This document shows, in pieces, positions 63,354 to 64,000 of a stretch of DNA of 64,000 nucleotides (the stretch's first letter is position 1; each line of letters opens with the position of its first letter). Source of the stretch: Felis catus (lineage: Eukaryota); NCBI RefSeq assembly GCF_018350175.1, contig NC_058368.1:64420001-64484000 (forward strand). The letters are read 5' to 3'. The position numbers and the translations under genes were made by a program. Under the pieces are notes generated by a model, which worked only from the letters and a program-made list of their open reading frames with translations, made no database searches and had not been told where the DNA came from.

Positions 63354-63568
63354 GGGGCGCCTGAGTGGCTCAGTCGGTTGAGCGTCCGACTTCGGCTTGG
63401 GTCACGATCTCGCGGTCCGTGAGTTCGAGCCCCGCATCAGGCTCTGGGCTGATGGCTCAGAACCTGGAGCCTGCTTCCGATTCTGTGTCTCCCTCTCTCT
63501 CTGCCCCTCCCCCGTTCATGCTCTGTCTCTCTCTGTCTTAAAAATAAAAATAAATGTAAAAAAAAAAA
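63354..63568 (+). mobile_element. Young CanSINE (SINEC_Fc)
   Basis: CpG-rich near-consensus copy; flanks aaaaccaagta and aaaacaagta. Confidence 0.97.
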
Positions 63569-63827
63569 CAAGTAAACATATTAATAATTGCAGTGGGATG
63601 ATTATAGACAGCCCAACAAATGAAAGAAAAATATTCAGTGTAAAAACCATGACTGTTCATGTCATCACTAAAAGAAGGTTGGAATTACTCCTTCAGATAT
63701 CCTTAGTTTCCCTTAATAACTATTTATTGACACAAAACCATTTGTTTCTAGGCTTCAGCTCAACTTGAGGTTATAAATTGGATATGTGAAGCATTGCTTT
63801 GTCTTTGAGGTTATGATCAATGATGTC

Positions 63828-63965
63828 AAAACAGTATAGACTTTGGAGGCAAGGAAACCTGTATTCAAAACCACGATCTACTTTTTCTTAGCAACATGAC
63901 TTAATTTTCTCATCTGGAAAAAGGGGATTAATGAGACCTATTGCAGAGTTTTGTGATACCTGAAA
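63828..63965 (+). mobile_element. MIR SINE
   Basis: tagactttggaggc...attcaaaacc...ttttctcatctggaaaaagggga...ctattgcagagttttgtga. Confidence 0.6.
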
Positions 63966-64000
63966 TGGAAAACAAATTCGTCATTGCATTTGTTACAATT

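Noticed and set aside
2572..63768. Recurring ORFs with AQVMIS...GSVLTAQSLE, resembling a gene family
   Set aside because: All are translations of CanSINE copies.
1..64000. CRISPR arrays, operons, rRNA or genuine tRNA genes
   Set aside because: The DNA is eukaryotic. The tRNA-like A/B boxes occur only in SINE heads, and no regularly spaced repeat-spacer array is present.

Overview
AT-rich, CpG-poor mammalian genomic DNA, almost certainly from a felid. It carries 21 tRNA-derived CanSINEs, many of the feline SINEC_Fc type, and two young feline-type L1s. I find no recognisable host protein-coding exon, RNA gene or CpG island, so the window reads as intergenic or deep intronic. Every long ORF is either L1 ORF2 or a SINE/microsatellite artefact. 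The interest lies in the retrotransposition record. (i) A 5'-inverted (twin-primed) L1 at 51.7-53.8 kb has resolvable junction microhomologies, a possible mini 3' transduction, and a target site shared with an adjacent SINE, all inside a MER5-like DNA transposon. (ii) A three-level nest (SINE in young L1 in ancient L1) lies at 34.6-40.3 kb. (iii) There are two small template-switch-like scars. (iv) Microsatellites have arisen repeatedly at the same position in older L1 3' ends. Repeat subfamily names come from recalled consensus motifs, not from a search, and boundaries of old repeats are approximate. I see no evidence for a genuinely new biological system.
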